DNA of 64,000 nt from Eledone cirrhosa (GCA_964016885.1 OZ024743.1:314836001-314900000); one strand, 5' to 3'; numbered from the stretch's first letter, positions 27,500 to 41,765 are shown. Notes: generated from the sequence alone by a model not told the origin. Numbers and translations: made by a program.

Positions 27500-27725
27500 G
27501 GAACCGCACTACAAAATAAAATACATAAAGGTGTTGAGGTTTAAGAACATTAAGAAGAGGAGACACAAAAGAGAACAATTACTCATTGAAGGGGCCACTG
27601 AATGTGTGATGAAAGATATTTGGCGAAATTATGAATAACCATCAATAAAGATAAAATGAAAATAATATGGTGTGTCTGTTACGTTTTATTGGCAATATTG
27701 GCAACATGATCCTCCCCAACTAAAA
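27500..27725 (+). mobile_element. PLE pLTR remnant with decayed HHR (27582-27624); same family as 31826-32008
   Basis: TCA-TTGAAGG-GGCCA..GAATGTG-TGAT-GAAA-GATA-TT-TGGC; tail TTATTGGC..AACATGATCCTCCCCAA matches 31973-31997. Confidence 0.55.
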
Positions 27726-27754
27726 CTCTCTCCCTCTCCCTCTCTCCCTCTCTC

Positions 27755-27821
<67 letters not shown>

Positions 27822-27851
27822 CTCTATCTATCTTTCTCTCTATATATATAT

Positions 27852-28400
27852 ATTGAGTATATGTTGGTTGTTTACGACACCTCAGTATGCAGATTGGAGC
27901 ACTCGATGAAGTATGCAGGTTGGTTTGTTTACTCCGGAGTAATGTAAAATAATTAAGTCAAATATGTCAAATGTGGCTTCGTTTATTACAAATTATAGAT
28001 ATACTGCTATATATAGTTCGGTGACAGCCTTCTTTGGCTGTCACCTCTTCAGGCAGTCCGAATTGGTTGTGGAAAGACAGGTACACATGTTGTTGAAATG
28101 TGTTTTACTCCATCAATACATCGATATGTCCAGCTACTGGTTGTGTTGTTATTTCTCTAAGGATATGATTCCAGTTCCTCAGAGAAATAACAACACAACC
28201 AGGAGCTGGACATATCGATGTATTGACGGAGTAAAACACACTTCAACAACAGGTGTACCTGTCTTTCCCACACCAATTCGGAGTATATATATAGAGTATT
28301 CGGAGTATATATATAGAGTATTCGGAGTATATATATAGCAGTATATCTATAATTTATAATAAACGAAGCCAAATTTTACATATGTGACTTAATTATTTTA
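27852..28400. mobile_element. PLE pLTR-like foldback element
   Basis: Arms 28058-28158/28181-28281 and 27945-28013/28330-28400; same family as 7290-7612. Confidence 0.8.
28003..28057 (-). ncRNA. Type I hammerhead ribozyme, GAAA mutated to GAAC
   Basis: Minus strand: ACTGC-CTGAAGA-GGTGACAGCC aaagaa GGCTGTCACC-GAAC-TATATA-TA-GCAGT; perfect 10-bp stem II. Confidence 0.72.
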
Positions 28401-28424
28401 TATATAAACATGCATACATACAAT

Positions 28425-28900
28425 AGTGCATTTGGCAAGATCCGTCATTGCAAGGAAAGGAACGGATCATAAAAATGTATTCTACGATGCAAGTTTATAA
28501 AGCTGTTGTACTGACCACAGTCTCTTCGTCCGGAGATCAGTATTGGACTCGAAATAGGCTTTACAACACACAACTACACGTATTTCATAAAGGTTGTCGT
28601 TGCATAATCTGTGGGTACATAATTGAAGACAAAATATCTAATGCTGCTTTCTTCATTTAGTGCAAGTTCGGACGCATTGAAACATTTCATATGAAATCAC
28701 AACAACGCTTGTCTGGTCATATCATTAAAATGAGTAACAAAAGAATAGAAAATGGCCTCAAGTACAGCCAGCTTGGTGGTGTATATAGAAATGTGGAGAG
28801 TCATTGCCCAGGTACAAAGAAAAGCTGAAGATTAGCTTTCAAACAACAATATACCGTATGAGACATTTGTGTTAGTGGACTTGGAGAGGAAGAACTGCAG
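28425..28900 (+). mobile_element. RTE (BovB-like) LINE C-terminal remnant
   Basis: AFGK..MQVYKAVVLTT..QLHVFHKGC..EDKISN..SGHIIKM; heavily mutated. Confidence 0.6.
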
Positions 28901-29189
28901 ATACTTGTGTCATAATGGGCTCTGGACCTTCGCCTCTGGTTGTATCCATATGTTAGAAAATTATGAGGCAGGAGAAAAGCATTATCGAAATACCAGCAAC
29001 AACTTCCAGTTAACCTAAACCCTGAACGACTTGTGGACTTACTTCCAAATACTTGGCAGATCGAAAATATCATTCACTATATAAAAAATCTAAACTGAAT
29101 GAAGTGAATGAACTGAATAAGTTGTTCGGGTCTTTATCGGTTGAAACCGACAGGACAATTCAACAAATATACATGTACATATATATATG

Positions 29190-29253
<64 letters not shown>

Positions 29254-29783
29254 ATCCTGTAAATATAATGTCGAACAAATCACCCCCACCACCAAACCAC
29301 CAGAACCACCGCCAAGGACATCGCCATACGTCCACCATCCCCCATCCAAAACCTTGTTTTCCCCGTGTTCTCTATGTCACTTTTTAATCTGTAATCCATC
29401 GTAAAATTCGATCCTGTAAATATCATGTCGCACCCACCACCACCACCACCACCAGGCACAGAGTCGGGCCAGATCCATACAGATCGAATCTTGAGCTGAT
29501 CAGTGGCGAAACGCGCGTCACCAACCAATAAACATAATGAAGGAGTAACCAATCCTACTTGTTATATTATTTCACTATAATACACTCTAACTAGATCTAA
29601 ACCTCGACACTGAAATGAACCTAAACAACGTGTGCCACCCGGGTGAACCTACCTTAACTCCAAGTTCCACTCTCTGGATATATATATATATAATGCATAT
29701 ATATATATATATATATATATGAATGATATGTATATATGTAAATACACACACCAGACACATCCACACATATACACACACATATC

Positions 29784-29823
<40 letters not shown>

Positions 29824-30449
29824 GGTGTGTTACTGTGTGCATATATATAAACCACATATGCATGTGTGTGTTTTTTGTTCTTACAGGCAACGTACTGTAT
29901 ATTTATATGTTCTTTTCACCGATTGATTGACTGCTATTCTGATACATTACCAAGTTATTCCGCCATCTTAGATAGGCAACTCTTGGGGAAATATTTAATA
30001 TCTGAATTAGATTTTGTTTTGCAGAGAATTCTTTCAGCATTGAACGTATAAAATACAATAATAAAACGATCATTCAAAAACAGGAGGTTTCCAAACAGTC
30101 GATATATAATGAGAAAATATATACAGTCTTGTTTCATATGAGGCTGAAATTATTCCGATTATTCAATTCTCTATTTGAACGTTTGTAATATCTTTTGAAA
30201 ATTGGAAAAACAAAACCATGTAGCGGGATGATTGAAATTATATATATAGATACAGATGTGTCTTTTTTTCTCTGTGTGTACAATGGTTTAGAAATCGTAT
30301 TTCTCTATTTCAATTACAAATATAGAATAATTTTGTGGAAAATGATAGCTTGCACACTTTCTTCTTGTCAAGTTAATGTATGCGAATGTGTGTGGGAGAG
30401 ATAAATTAGAATCGAAATAGGCACAATCAAATAAAATTGAACGTAGACG

Positions 30450-31115
<666 letters not shown>

Positions 31116-31202
31116 TGGTGCTACTGGTAACATGTATCACAGTACCACCTGGCTCATGGTCGGGTCGTTGGCGACTAAACTGGCAACCCCACCAAGGTTT
31201 AT

Positions 31203-32008
31203 ATATTGTTATACTTTGGGAGGGTCATGTTGCCAATAAGTCCTCTCTGTATAGATAGAAAATGCATAATCTGTAAGCTAAGTCCCCATATTAATTGTAA
31301 AACTAGAAACGTAGTTTGTAACATAAGATGTACTGAGGGACAATGTAAAAATAAGAATATAATGTACATAGGTGAGACAGCACGTAGCATAGGAGAACGA
31401 TTAAATGAACACTGGCGAGAACTCCAAGATAGAAATCTCATCAATACTCCACCAACATGCTAAAATAGAACAAAATGGCAAATTAGAGAACGTAGAGATA
31501 AAAACAGAATCTACACACAGAAAAGACGCAATGCTTACACAAATCACAGACGCAATAAACATAAATGAACTCCAACTAAAATTAAATAGAAAACATGAAT
31601 GGAATAGCAACATCACAACTTATAATTAAGGACAAAATGAAAACACACACACATAGAACAAACACCTAACCAGTACCATGTAAATAAACAAATAATTTAA
31701 ACAAATAAAAGCACACAGAGACACCCGGATGTAACACATGCGCAAACTAAGCACACAACACACACAAAAACAAGATGGCGTAGGACAGAACAAAGGAGAG
31801 GCACAAAACAAAGAAAACATCCCTAGTCACTGAAGAGGTCAGAGAATGTGTGACGAAAGAACTTTGACAATATATGAACAACCATCCGGTTGTGGAACCA
31901 ACGAACGAACCAACCGGAAATTTATAAAATGTATAATAAATTGAAGTGAAAGCACTTGCTGCGTGTGTTTCTTATTGGCAACATGACCCTCCCAAAGTAT
32001 AACAATAT
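31203..32008 (+). mobile_element. 5'-truncated Penelope-like element: GIY-YIG remnant, pLTR with HHR, inverted terminal 38 bp
   Basis: CIICK..CKTRNVVCNIRC..C..MYIGETARSIGERLNEH (31240-31629, frameshifted); 31203-31240 is the reverse complement of 31972-32008. Confidence 0.9.
31826..31868 (+). ncRNA. Minimal type I hammerhead in PLE pLTR
   Basis: GTCA-CTGAAGA-g-GTCA gagaatgtg TGAC-GAAA-GAAC-TT-TGAC; about 200 nt downstream of the GIY-YIG stop. Confidence 0.72.
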
Positions 32009-32086
32009 CGGTTTCAACACACATTTTCAGCTAAAGAATCTTGCTAAACAAATTCAGAAACGAAATATATATACACACACACACAG

Positions 32087-32179
<93 letters not shown>

Positions 32180-33623
32180 AAGAAAAAAAGATGAAATCGA
32201 AAATGCAACTGGAGTCTTATTTTTTAAAATATATATATATTTATTTGGTTCCTTTACCGGTTTCGCAGTTCTACTGAATTTCAAAAGTGGAGTTGAGATG
32301 GAGGGTCTGTGGTTTTTCTCACATCTGATTGGTCTTTGAATGTTACTTGTTTTATATGTAAAAAAGTGGCTCGAAACGAGAAGTCATTTGATTGGTTGGT
32401 CAATAAGTATAATAAATTTCGCGCCAGTTCGCGTTACAAAGTTCTTCAAACAGGGGGGGGGGGGGCTCAGGTTGTTTGTTCATATATGAGTGGAGTTTAG
32501 TTGGTTGATGCAGTCACGTGAATAAGCACATCAGCTTTTACTTAAAAAAAGGGGCTCACGAAGGCTTTTTTTCATAAATGTAATTTGATTGGTTACAGAT
32601 GAAATTATGTCACGTGAACAAGTTATTAAAATCTCCCCCGTATTTGGGAATTTATTTTGTAGCCTTTTAGAGAATTGTATGACAAACAAAAGATAATGGT
32701 CAAGAGAAATGGGATGGGGGGAATTGTTCTGGTTCAGTGAATATGGCAGGTTGTTTTTTCATATATGAGTGAAGGTTGGTTGGTTGATGCAGTCACGTGA
32801 ATAAGCACATCAGCTTTCGCGTCAGTTTGTTTGAATTTCTTTTTTTACTTTAAAAAAGTGGCTCACGAAGGCTTTTTTTAAATAAATGTAATTTGATTGG
32901 TTATAAATGAAATTATGACTGTCACGTGAACAAGTTCATTAAATTTTGCGCACGTATTTGGGAATTTATTTTGTAGCTTTTTAGAGAATTTATGCAAACA
33001 AAAGATAATGGTCAAGAGAAATGGGATGGGGGGAATTGTTCTGGTTCAGTGAATATGGCTGGTTCGCTGGGGTGTCAGAATTCAGACTTTCTATTGAAAT
33101 AAAAAAGTAAGAGATATGTATGTTTATTTGTGTGCTTGTGTGTGTGTGTGTGTGTAGGAAGATGATTCTATTAGTAGAAATGGGGGAGGGAGTTGTGTGT
33201 ATGTGTATATGGGTATTATGTGTGTGTGTGGGAGTATGTTAAGATGGAGAGAATATATATATTTTATGTGTGTGTATGTGTGAAGGAAAGTGATTCTATT
33301 AGTAGACATGGAGGAGGCAGTTGTGTGTGTGTGTGTGGGGGGGGGGGGTTATACGTGTGTGGGGTATGGTTAGCATGTTAAGATGAAGAGATATATATTT
33401 GTTTGTGTGTGTGCGTGCGTAGGAAAATGATTCCATTAGTAGAAATATTTTTGAATGAACATATTTTCCTTATTTATTCGTATTTGTTCTGTTGTATTAT
33501 CATCGCAAACGTATGTTAAGGTTTATTTAGTTCGGGTTTTAATTTCTAAAGTAGAAGGTGTTATGTGTGTGTGTATGTGTCTGTTTGGATAGTTAGCATG
33601 TTATGGTGTTGACATAATTTATA

Positions 33624-34648
33624 TTAAATCATATTTAATGCTGGTCTATATTTTTGAATAAACATATTTTCCTTATTTATTCATATTTGTTCTGTTGTAT
33701 TGTCAGCGCAAAGGTAAAATGGGAAGACTTGGAATTTGGGTGTCTTATTACTTGCGCATATGTCTAGATGTGCGCTTAATGGTATCTGTCTCGTGGTTGG
33801 ATCTCATAATTGTTGGCGATTCTGTTTCTGAGTGTGAGTTTAGTTTGTCCTATATAATCTTCATTGCATCCTTTACATTTAATGGCATAAAATAGATTTT
33901 TTGATGAGCAAGTGAAGTGATTTTTTACAGCAAAATTTTCTCCTGATTGAAATGTATACGTGTTGCCTTCAATGAGGTGAGTGCAGGTTCCACAATTAGA
34001 GCGACCACATTTTTTGACAGTTGGTTGTGGGTTTGTGGTAGGTAATTTGGCATTGGAGAGTAATGTTTTCAGGGATTTCCGTTGTCTTTTGCTTTTGATT
34101 TTTTGTTTGTTTCAAGGGCTTTTTTCATTCTTGGGTCTTCTTTCAATAATGGGATGTCCTTGTGAATAGTGTTGTAAGCTTCCTCATTTCTTGGGTTGTG
34201 TGTTGAGATATATGATAGAATATTGGACGTACCTTGAATTTGTTTCTGTTTTCGTAATTCATCATTGCTTATTGCTTTAGCCCTTTCTATTCCATTATTT
34301 ATTAGTAATGGTGGGTACTGTCTTTAGAGCATAATTTCCTTTAATTCTTGAAGTCTTTTATTTCGCGTGTCATAATTGGAGACAATTGTGCAAATTATTC
34401 TTGCTAGGTTAAAAGGAATGTTCGTCTCCGTGTGCTTTCGATAGTTGGATGTGAATAGCAGGTATTGTTTGGAATCTGTTGCTTTGTAGTGTATGTCCAG
34501 TTTCAATAATTGTGTCTTTTTTTAAGATTAAGATGTCCAAAAATGGGAGTTGATCTTGGCTGTATTCCATTGTGAATTGGATGAGGTTATTGATGCCGTT
34601 AATAAAATGTTTGAAATAATTCCGATGGTCGATTGTGTGGGACCAAAG
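33624..34648 (-). pseudogene. PLE reverse transcriptase C-terminus, Cys-rich linker and GIY-YIG endonuclease (disrupted)
   Basis: QLPFLDILI..YKATDSKQYL..NIPFNLARIICTIVS; KCGRSNCGTC; CSSKNLFYAIKCKGCNEDYIGQT. Confidence 0.9.
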
Positions 34649-35222
34649 TGACTGCATCAACCAACCAAACTTCACTAATATATGAAAACACGACCTGCCA
34701 TATTCACTGAACCAGAAAAATTCCCCCCCCCCCCATCCCATTTCTCTTGACCATTATCTTTTGTTTGTCATAAAATTCTCTAAAAGGCTATCAAAATAAA
34801 TTTCCAAATACGGGCGCGAAATTTAATGAACTTATTCACGTGACAGCGATAATTTCACTCATATATGAAAAAACAACCTGACCCCCACCCATTTGCTTGA
34901 AGTACTTTGTAACGCGAACTGTCGCGAAATTTATTATACTTATTGACCATCCAATCAAATGACTTCTCGTTTCGAGTCACTTTTTTCCATATAAAACTAG
35001 TAACATTCAAAGACCAACCATATGTGAGAAAAACCACAGACCCTCCATCACAACTCTACTTTTGAAAAGCAGAAGAACTGCGAAACCGTCAAAGGAACCA
35101 AATAAATATATATATTTTTTAAAACAAGAATCCAGTTGAATTTTCGATTTCATCTTTTTTTCTTTATACTTTCACTCGTGTAGAACACCTCGGTTATTTT
35201 TTATTTTGTAAAAAAACTTCAC

Positions 35223-35320
<98 letters not shown>

Positions 35321-35453
35321 GTGAGGTCTTTTTTTTACAAAATGAAAAATAACCGAGGTGTCCTACACGTGTGAAAGTATAAAGAAAAAGAGATGAAATC
35401 GAAAATGCAACTGGAGTCTTATTTTTTTTTTAAATATATATATTTATTTGGTT

Positions 35454-35491
35454 CCTTTACCGGTTTCGCAGTTCTTCTGCTTTTCAAAAGG
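35454..35491 (-). ncRNA. Minimal type I hammerhead with U3:A8 core
   Basis: Minus strand: CCTT-TTGAAAA-GCAG aagaa CTGC-GAAA-CCGG-TA-AAGG; decayed siblings at 32251-32288(-), 35058-35095(+), 45359-45394(+). Confidence 0.72.
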
Positions 35492-35522
35492 TCAGTTGAG
35501 ATGGAGGGTCTGTGGTTTTTCT

Positions 35523-35560
<38 letters not shown>

Positions 35561-36292
35561 TATGTGTGTGTGTCTGTGTGTGTGTATGTATATGTAAATT
35601 GCAACTGAGAGAAACAACTCAAATTGTTGGAGAAATATAATTATATATTGCAAATATCCACCTAGAAATGTTTAAATGTATTGAAGGGCCGAGAGACAAA
35701 AAATTGACAGTAAAAGATAATGATATACTATGAGTGAATACACTGGGAGTGAATCATACACAGGCTTAGTGAAAGGATTATTCGTGATGTGTATCTGCAT
35801 AGATTACGTTTCTCATTGTTATCACCATAGCTGAATAGTGGATAGACTTTGGGGTTATATAGCAACAGCAGATTTATGAAATGGGGCAACGATTATTATG
35901 TCTAACACACAGGTTAAAAAGTAGTGATCATTTCAACGAATGACGCAGATATCAAGACGTCAATAACACCAATGTTTCGGTGTAATATACAAAGTAGAAG
36001 GCCCATTAGAATAATGATACGTTGCAATCTTAATTACATATCATCTTCACTATTCCTGGAGACATTCAGACGCTCTTCGTACGTATCCAATATGCGAGTT
36101 GTAACTTTAAAAGATTAATAATTTTATATATACATACGCAGACGTACAGACAAACACACACAAACAAACACACACACACATACACACACAAACAGATATA
36201 TTAGCTGTTATATATCTACACATAAAATTTGATTATTGTTTTTATATAAATAATTTACATCCCGTTATGCTATACATTATATATAAGTACGC

Positions 36293-36339
<47 letters not shown>

Positions 36340-36419
36340 GCATATGTATGTATACATGTAGGGCTGCATGGATGGATATATATATATATGCACACGTACA
36401 CACTCATACATACAGGTGT

Positions 36420-36461
<42 letters not shown>

Positions 36462-36463
36462 CT

Positions 36464-36582
<119 letters not shown>

Positions 36583-36638
36583 AATCAAGAAAGAAGGGTG
36601 ACACTGTTTGCTATACAAAAAAGGTTTTTAATCACTTT

Positions 36639-36744
36639 GCTGACAATTGTTTCTCTGAACTGGCAGGTCTAGAGATCGCTACCCGCCTGTTCTCGCGTCA
36701 AACGATCACCAATACATGGTTGTAACCTCTCAATTCATCAGAGC
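36639..36744 (-). ncRNA. Type I hammerhead with 81-nt stem II domain
   Basis: Minus strand: GCT-CTGATGA-[81 nt]-GAAA-CAATTG-TC-AGC; palindromic stem III, GUC site; stem II base imperfect. Confidence 0.6.
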
Positions 36745-36963
36745 TGGCGAAAGGAATACACAGGCATGGCTTCTATATATAGTAGTGTCATTCAACTCGT
36801 TTTACATGCTAAAGTCTTAAGTATACTCTATGTCTTACTTAGATTGATGTTGTGATTATTTCAAATAAGTTATTGCTAGCACTGTTAGTATTGTTGTTAA
36901 TGTACTGATTGAATGCCACTGCTATATAGACGCCATCCCTGTATATTCTCTTCATTCTCGCTA

Positions 36964-37069
36964 GCTCTGATGAATTGACTGGTTACAACTATGTATTGGT
37001 GATCGATTGACGCGAAAACAGGCGGGTAGCGATCTCTAGACCTGCCAGTTCAGAGAAACAATTCTCAGC
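36964..37069 (+). ncRNA. Mirror hammerhead copy (stem III mutated)
   Basis: GCT-CTGATGA-attGACTGG..CCAGTTcaga-GAAA-CAATTC-TC-AGC. Confidence 0.55.
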
Positions 37070-37314
37070 AAAGTGATTAAATACCTTTTTTGTATAGCAA
37101 ACCGTGTCACTCTTATTTCTTGATTTATCATTACTCCAAGTGTAAACAACATAGAAATCACCGCGTACTCGCAGCATCACTCTATGGAAACGCCTTGTTG
37201 AGTCAAAGTTAGCCAAACGTTGATACAATCCACTACTCGGTGTACCCTAACTGGACTACACCTAAGTGGACTACCTATAACAATATCTGTTATCCCGTAT
37301 ATATATATATATAT

Positions 37315-37626
37315 ACTAGAAATAGATTGACACATATATATATATATAAAATAAACACATGAAATAATTCAGGGAATAATTCGTAAAGTGTGTAAGCACA
37401 CATAGCTCGGTAGGTAACTAATTAAAGTTTAACTAGAACTTCAAATATAGATACCTTTTAAAATGATTAATCAGATTAATCATTTTAAAAGGTATCTATA
37501 TTTGAAGTTCTAGTTAATCTTTAATTAGTTATCTACCTAGCTATGTGTGCTTACACACTTTACGAATTATTCCCTGAGATTGTTTCATGTGTTTATTTCA
37601 TATATATGTGTCAATCTAATTCTAGT
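37315..37626. repeat. Near-perfect palindrome with about 155-bp arms and 1-nt centre
   Basis: Centre ..TTTTAAAATGATTAATC A GATTAATCATTTTAAAA.. at about 37473. Confidence 0.92.
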
Positions 37627-38039
37627 TGATATAAAATGCTCGTATCTATTCATTTGAATCTTTGAGCTTATTCTGCAGTGAATATGGGACATGTCTCTCA
37701 GACATCACAACCTTAATTTATTTTGTATATATATATATATATATATATATAGTTTAGCGGGCGTAGACATACAACACAACAGGAGGAAAATATAACACCA
37801 CTGACGATGTTGCAGATGTGCAACGAAAGATTTATGTGAATTATGTAAACTATATATATGTGTTTATGTCTATATTGTATCTGTGATATATTTGCCCATC
37901 GGTCAGTCAATGGCAACATTGAGGACCGAGTAAGCTAGATTACAGATATAAAAGACAGCGAGAAGCGAAAACCAACCAAACAGTGAGTGTGTTCTGTTAT
38001 TAATTCTGGCAATATTACACAAATATGACCCTCCCCAAC

Positions 38040-38129
<90 letters not shown>

Positions 38130-38210
38130 TATATAAATATACATATATATATATATATCCATATATATATATATATATCCATATATATATATATATATGT
38201 ATATATATAT

Positions 38211-38500
<290 letters not shown>

Positions 38501-38784
38501 ACACACACACACATACACAGACATATATATATACACATAAAAATATACATACATATATGCACATATCTGTGCATATAACATACCTGGACCGACACTTGGA
38601 AATTACTGAATATCCAAGTGAGGTTTATGTAAATCCGAAATCAACAAAATCCGCTTCTGGTGTATACAAGTTAGGTTTCTGGAAGATCGAACAGTGGAAT
38701 TTACTTGCTCAACAGGCTTTCGTTCTAACCCCAAACCCGGTGTGGAGCACATGTCACTCCCATCTATATTTATAATATAATAGT

Positions 38785-39128
38785 ATATAAAAGAAAAGCG
38801 AACACAGATATATACATATATGTGTTCAAATAGCAAGGGACCGGAATCGTTAAGGTGAAAAGAATACTAACTACAGACAATAGGGTTTGCCTGTCTCAGT
38901 TTAAGAACAAATCAAGAAAATAAATACAAATCGGAATTGTGGTAACTACCAATCACCCAGACAGCTCTTGGTGCCGTTTTGGTTTGTATTTATTTTCTTG
39001 ATTTGTTCTTAAACTGAGACAGGCAAACCCTATTGTCTATAGTTAGCATTCTTTTCACCTTAGCGAATCTGGTCCCTTGCGATTTGAACACATATATGTA
39101 TGTATCTGTGTTCGATTTCTTTTATATA
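38785..39128. repeat. Inverted repeat, about 145-bp arms
   Basis: 38785-38930 versus 38983-39128. Confidence 0.88.
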
Positions 39129-39205
39129 CGGCTCGGAAAAATCTCTTACTTAGAGCTATTTTGTTGTAAGAGACTATTTTGAGTTTCTAACTCAATATAT
39201 ACCTT

Positions 39206-39272
<67 letters not shown>

Positions 39273-39302
39273 AAAGAATAGAGGTGTAACACACAAGTTA
39301 TT

Positions 39303-39471
39303 ATATATTGGTAAACGGAATAGAAAATGCTGACAAATTGTTCACAGTTGGAAAATGGTTTAATTAGGAATAAAAGAGTATTAGTGATTGTATGGGTTAG
39401 TATACTCTTTTATTCCTAATTAAACCATTTTCCAACTGTGAACAATTTGTCAGCATTTTCTATTCCGTTTA

Positions 39472-39480
<9 letters not shown>
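39303..39480. repeat. Perfect hairpin, about 78-bp arms, about 22-nt loop, between (TA)n tracts
   Basis: ATATTGGTAAACGGAATAGAAAATGCTGAC..AAAAGAGTA / TACTCTTTT..GTCAGCATTTTCTATTCCGTTTACCAATAT. Confidence 0.92.
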
Positions 39481-39557
<77 letters not shown>

Positions 39558-40126
39558 TGTGTGTGTACACCTGTATGTATGAGTATGTACGTGTGTATAT
39601 ATATATAACAAGGATCGATCGACGTTCGTTGAATCGAACTGAGGAAACAATGTTTCCATTGGCTTTTTCAGTTGCTGATACTATCTATCGGTCTTATCTC
39701 CAGGTAGAAGAATCAACGTGAAATAAAGGACTGGTCATCTCGCGTAGACTTGTTATCACTGTCACACAATGAGTGTCAGTTCTGTAGTATAGTTTGTCAC
39801 TATAGTCCATTATGTACAGATGCCTCTTTCCCAATCTTCTCTCCTTTCATTCCAACTCTCCAACCAAAGCAGGCTACTTCCGTAGTATTTCACCTCAGAT
39901 ATATAGTTTAGGTGGGAGTAGTCATGGTTTCCAAGTCACCTGTGATGATGTGTCCGGTGTTGTAAGGATGTCAGTACTGGTCCTATATTTTATTGCTTGA
40001 TTAGAAAGTCACACCTTTGCTCACGGGAGGATATAGACATGCAATACATTTCGAAATAATGTATAGATGGCTATGACCTGACAAGATGAAGCAATCATCA
40101 TACACTCACACGCGCGCACACACAAG

Positions 40127-40156
<30 letters not shown>

Positions 40157-40158
<2 letters not shown>

Positions 40159-41331
40159 TGTATATGTATAATAAAGCCACAACAATGCAGATATGGACAT
40201 AGAATGAAGAATGCAAATGCAAAAGTTATTGTTGACAATTAGTCTTTTACCTTAGATTTATTTAAATGTCCTTAATTTTCGAGATAATATCTCTTCTTCC
40301 TGAAGCTCCCACACTTCAGTGACGAAACAACAACAGCCATCCGCAAAGCTATCAGACGAGAGGGACTAGATATCCAACTGGCCCACTCAGGTCCTTCTAT
40401 ACGCGGACAGCTAACCAAAAGACACTCCACCAGAGATGACAACCGCTGCAGGCTAGCCAACTGACCCATCAACGACACAGAACTATGCCACCAGGCTTAC
40501 ATCGTATAGATACTCGAGTGCGACAAATGCGGCAACTTCTACGTAGGTAGCACCACCAGACCACTCCACATAAGAATAAAAAACACCTCAATACTAACGC
40601 TTCCTCATTTAAGAAAAACCTAGTTAAATGCAAAAACACCGACAAAACCATAACAGTTAGGATAGAAACTAAGGAAAGAAACCTCGGCAATCTTAGAATT
40701 AAGGAAGCACTAATTATAGACAAAACACAACCACCAAACAATAATAGACTAAAACTCAACACCCAATTTATAACTTGATATAGCATCTAGCCCTATATAT
40801 ACCCCCCCCCAACATACACACACACGCACACACGCACAGACACACACACACGCTTACACCTCCACTTATTATCTCTCACACACACACATACACACACAAA
40901 GACCAGTTCTAACACGAGATAACATCTATCCCGCACATTTACATATAGACTCATCTTCTCACACTCACACACACACACACACACACACATACTTACACCT
41001 CACACATTCTCAAACACACTTAAACAGGCATGTACAAAAAAAAACCTTTAAAAGGGAGACTACTCTTTATCCACCTAACCTTAACTCTTTGACATTAGAG
41101 ATAGAACAGATACTTTATACCATTTCCTGTCAGCATGACTTGGCAAGCTATTTAGAACACTGGTTTAACCGCTTTACTTCCCTCCGAAGAAGAGATGTTA
41201 TCTCGAAAATTAAGGACTTTTAAATAAATCTAAGGTAAAAGACTAATATATCAGCAATATCTTTTGCATTTGCATTCTCTATTCTATGTCCATACCTGCA
41301 TTGTTTTGGGTTTATTATACATATACAAACG
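40157..41331 (+). mobile_element. 5'-truncated Penelope-like element: GIY-YIG remnant, HHR, inverted 3' end
   Basis: 40300-40780: CRLAN.PINDTELC..ECDKCGNFYVGSTTRPLHIRIK..LRIKEALII; 40157-40299 is the reverse complement of 41186-41331. Confidence 0.9.
41181..41215 (+). ncRNA. Minimal type I hammerhead (C4 core)
   Basis: CCT-CCGAAGA-a-GAGAT gtt ATCTC-GAAA-AT-TA-AGG. Confidence 0.6.
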
Positions 41332-41377
41332 TTTATACCTCATTACACAAGGCTTCAAGTGAACTATAACTTCCTCC

Positions 41378-41449
<72 letters not shown>

Positions 41450-41479
41450 CGCATACATTATATATTTATACAAGCACAC

Positions 41480-41583
<104 letters not shown>

Positions 41584-41607
41584 ACATATATACATATATG
41601 TGTGTGT

Positions 41608-41765
41608 AGGTGCGTGGCTGAATGGTAAGATGATTGGATTCGCAATCGTGAGGTTGTGAGTTCGATTGGACCGGGTGACAGAATCAGGTGGTCATGAGAG
41701 AGATGTAAGAGGAAATGTAGAATGAGACGTATAGGTTGTAGAGGAACGTAGGAAAGATTGCAAAA
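41608..41765 (+). mobile_element. Second tRNA-derived SINE family; inverted partial copy at 44795-44882
   Basis: A-box TGGCTGAATGG and B-box GAGTTCGATT; body AGAGATGTAAG..AATGTAGAATGAGA..ACGTAGGAAAGA. Confidence 0.65.

Larger units (their letters stand above)
32178..35525 (-). mobile_element. Neptune-like Penelope element: RT/GIY-YIG remnant with duplicated and inverted pLTRs
   Basis: ORF remnant 34648-33624; pLTR 33060-32178 with internal duplications; inverted pLTR 34648-35230; further copy 35313-35525 tail-to-tail across (TA)n. Confidence 0.9.

Noticed and set aside
28278-28340. Short regularly spaced repeats as a CRISPR-like array (also 6226-6290)
   Set aside because: No unique spacers, no cas genes, eukaryotic context; simple reiterations
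29484-29523. GAAA-CGCGCG-TC half motif (similar half motifs near 60463 and 18915)
   Set aside because: Only the 3' half is convincing; no intact core or matching stem I
41608-41680. tRNA gene
   Set aside because: A and B boxes are present but there is no full cloverleaf, and it continues into a repeated body; it is a SINE head
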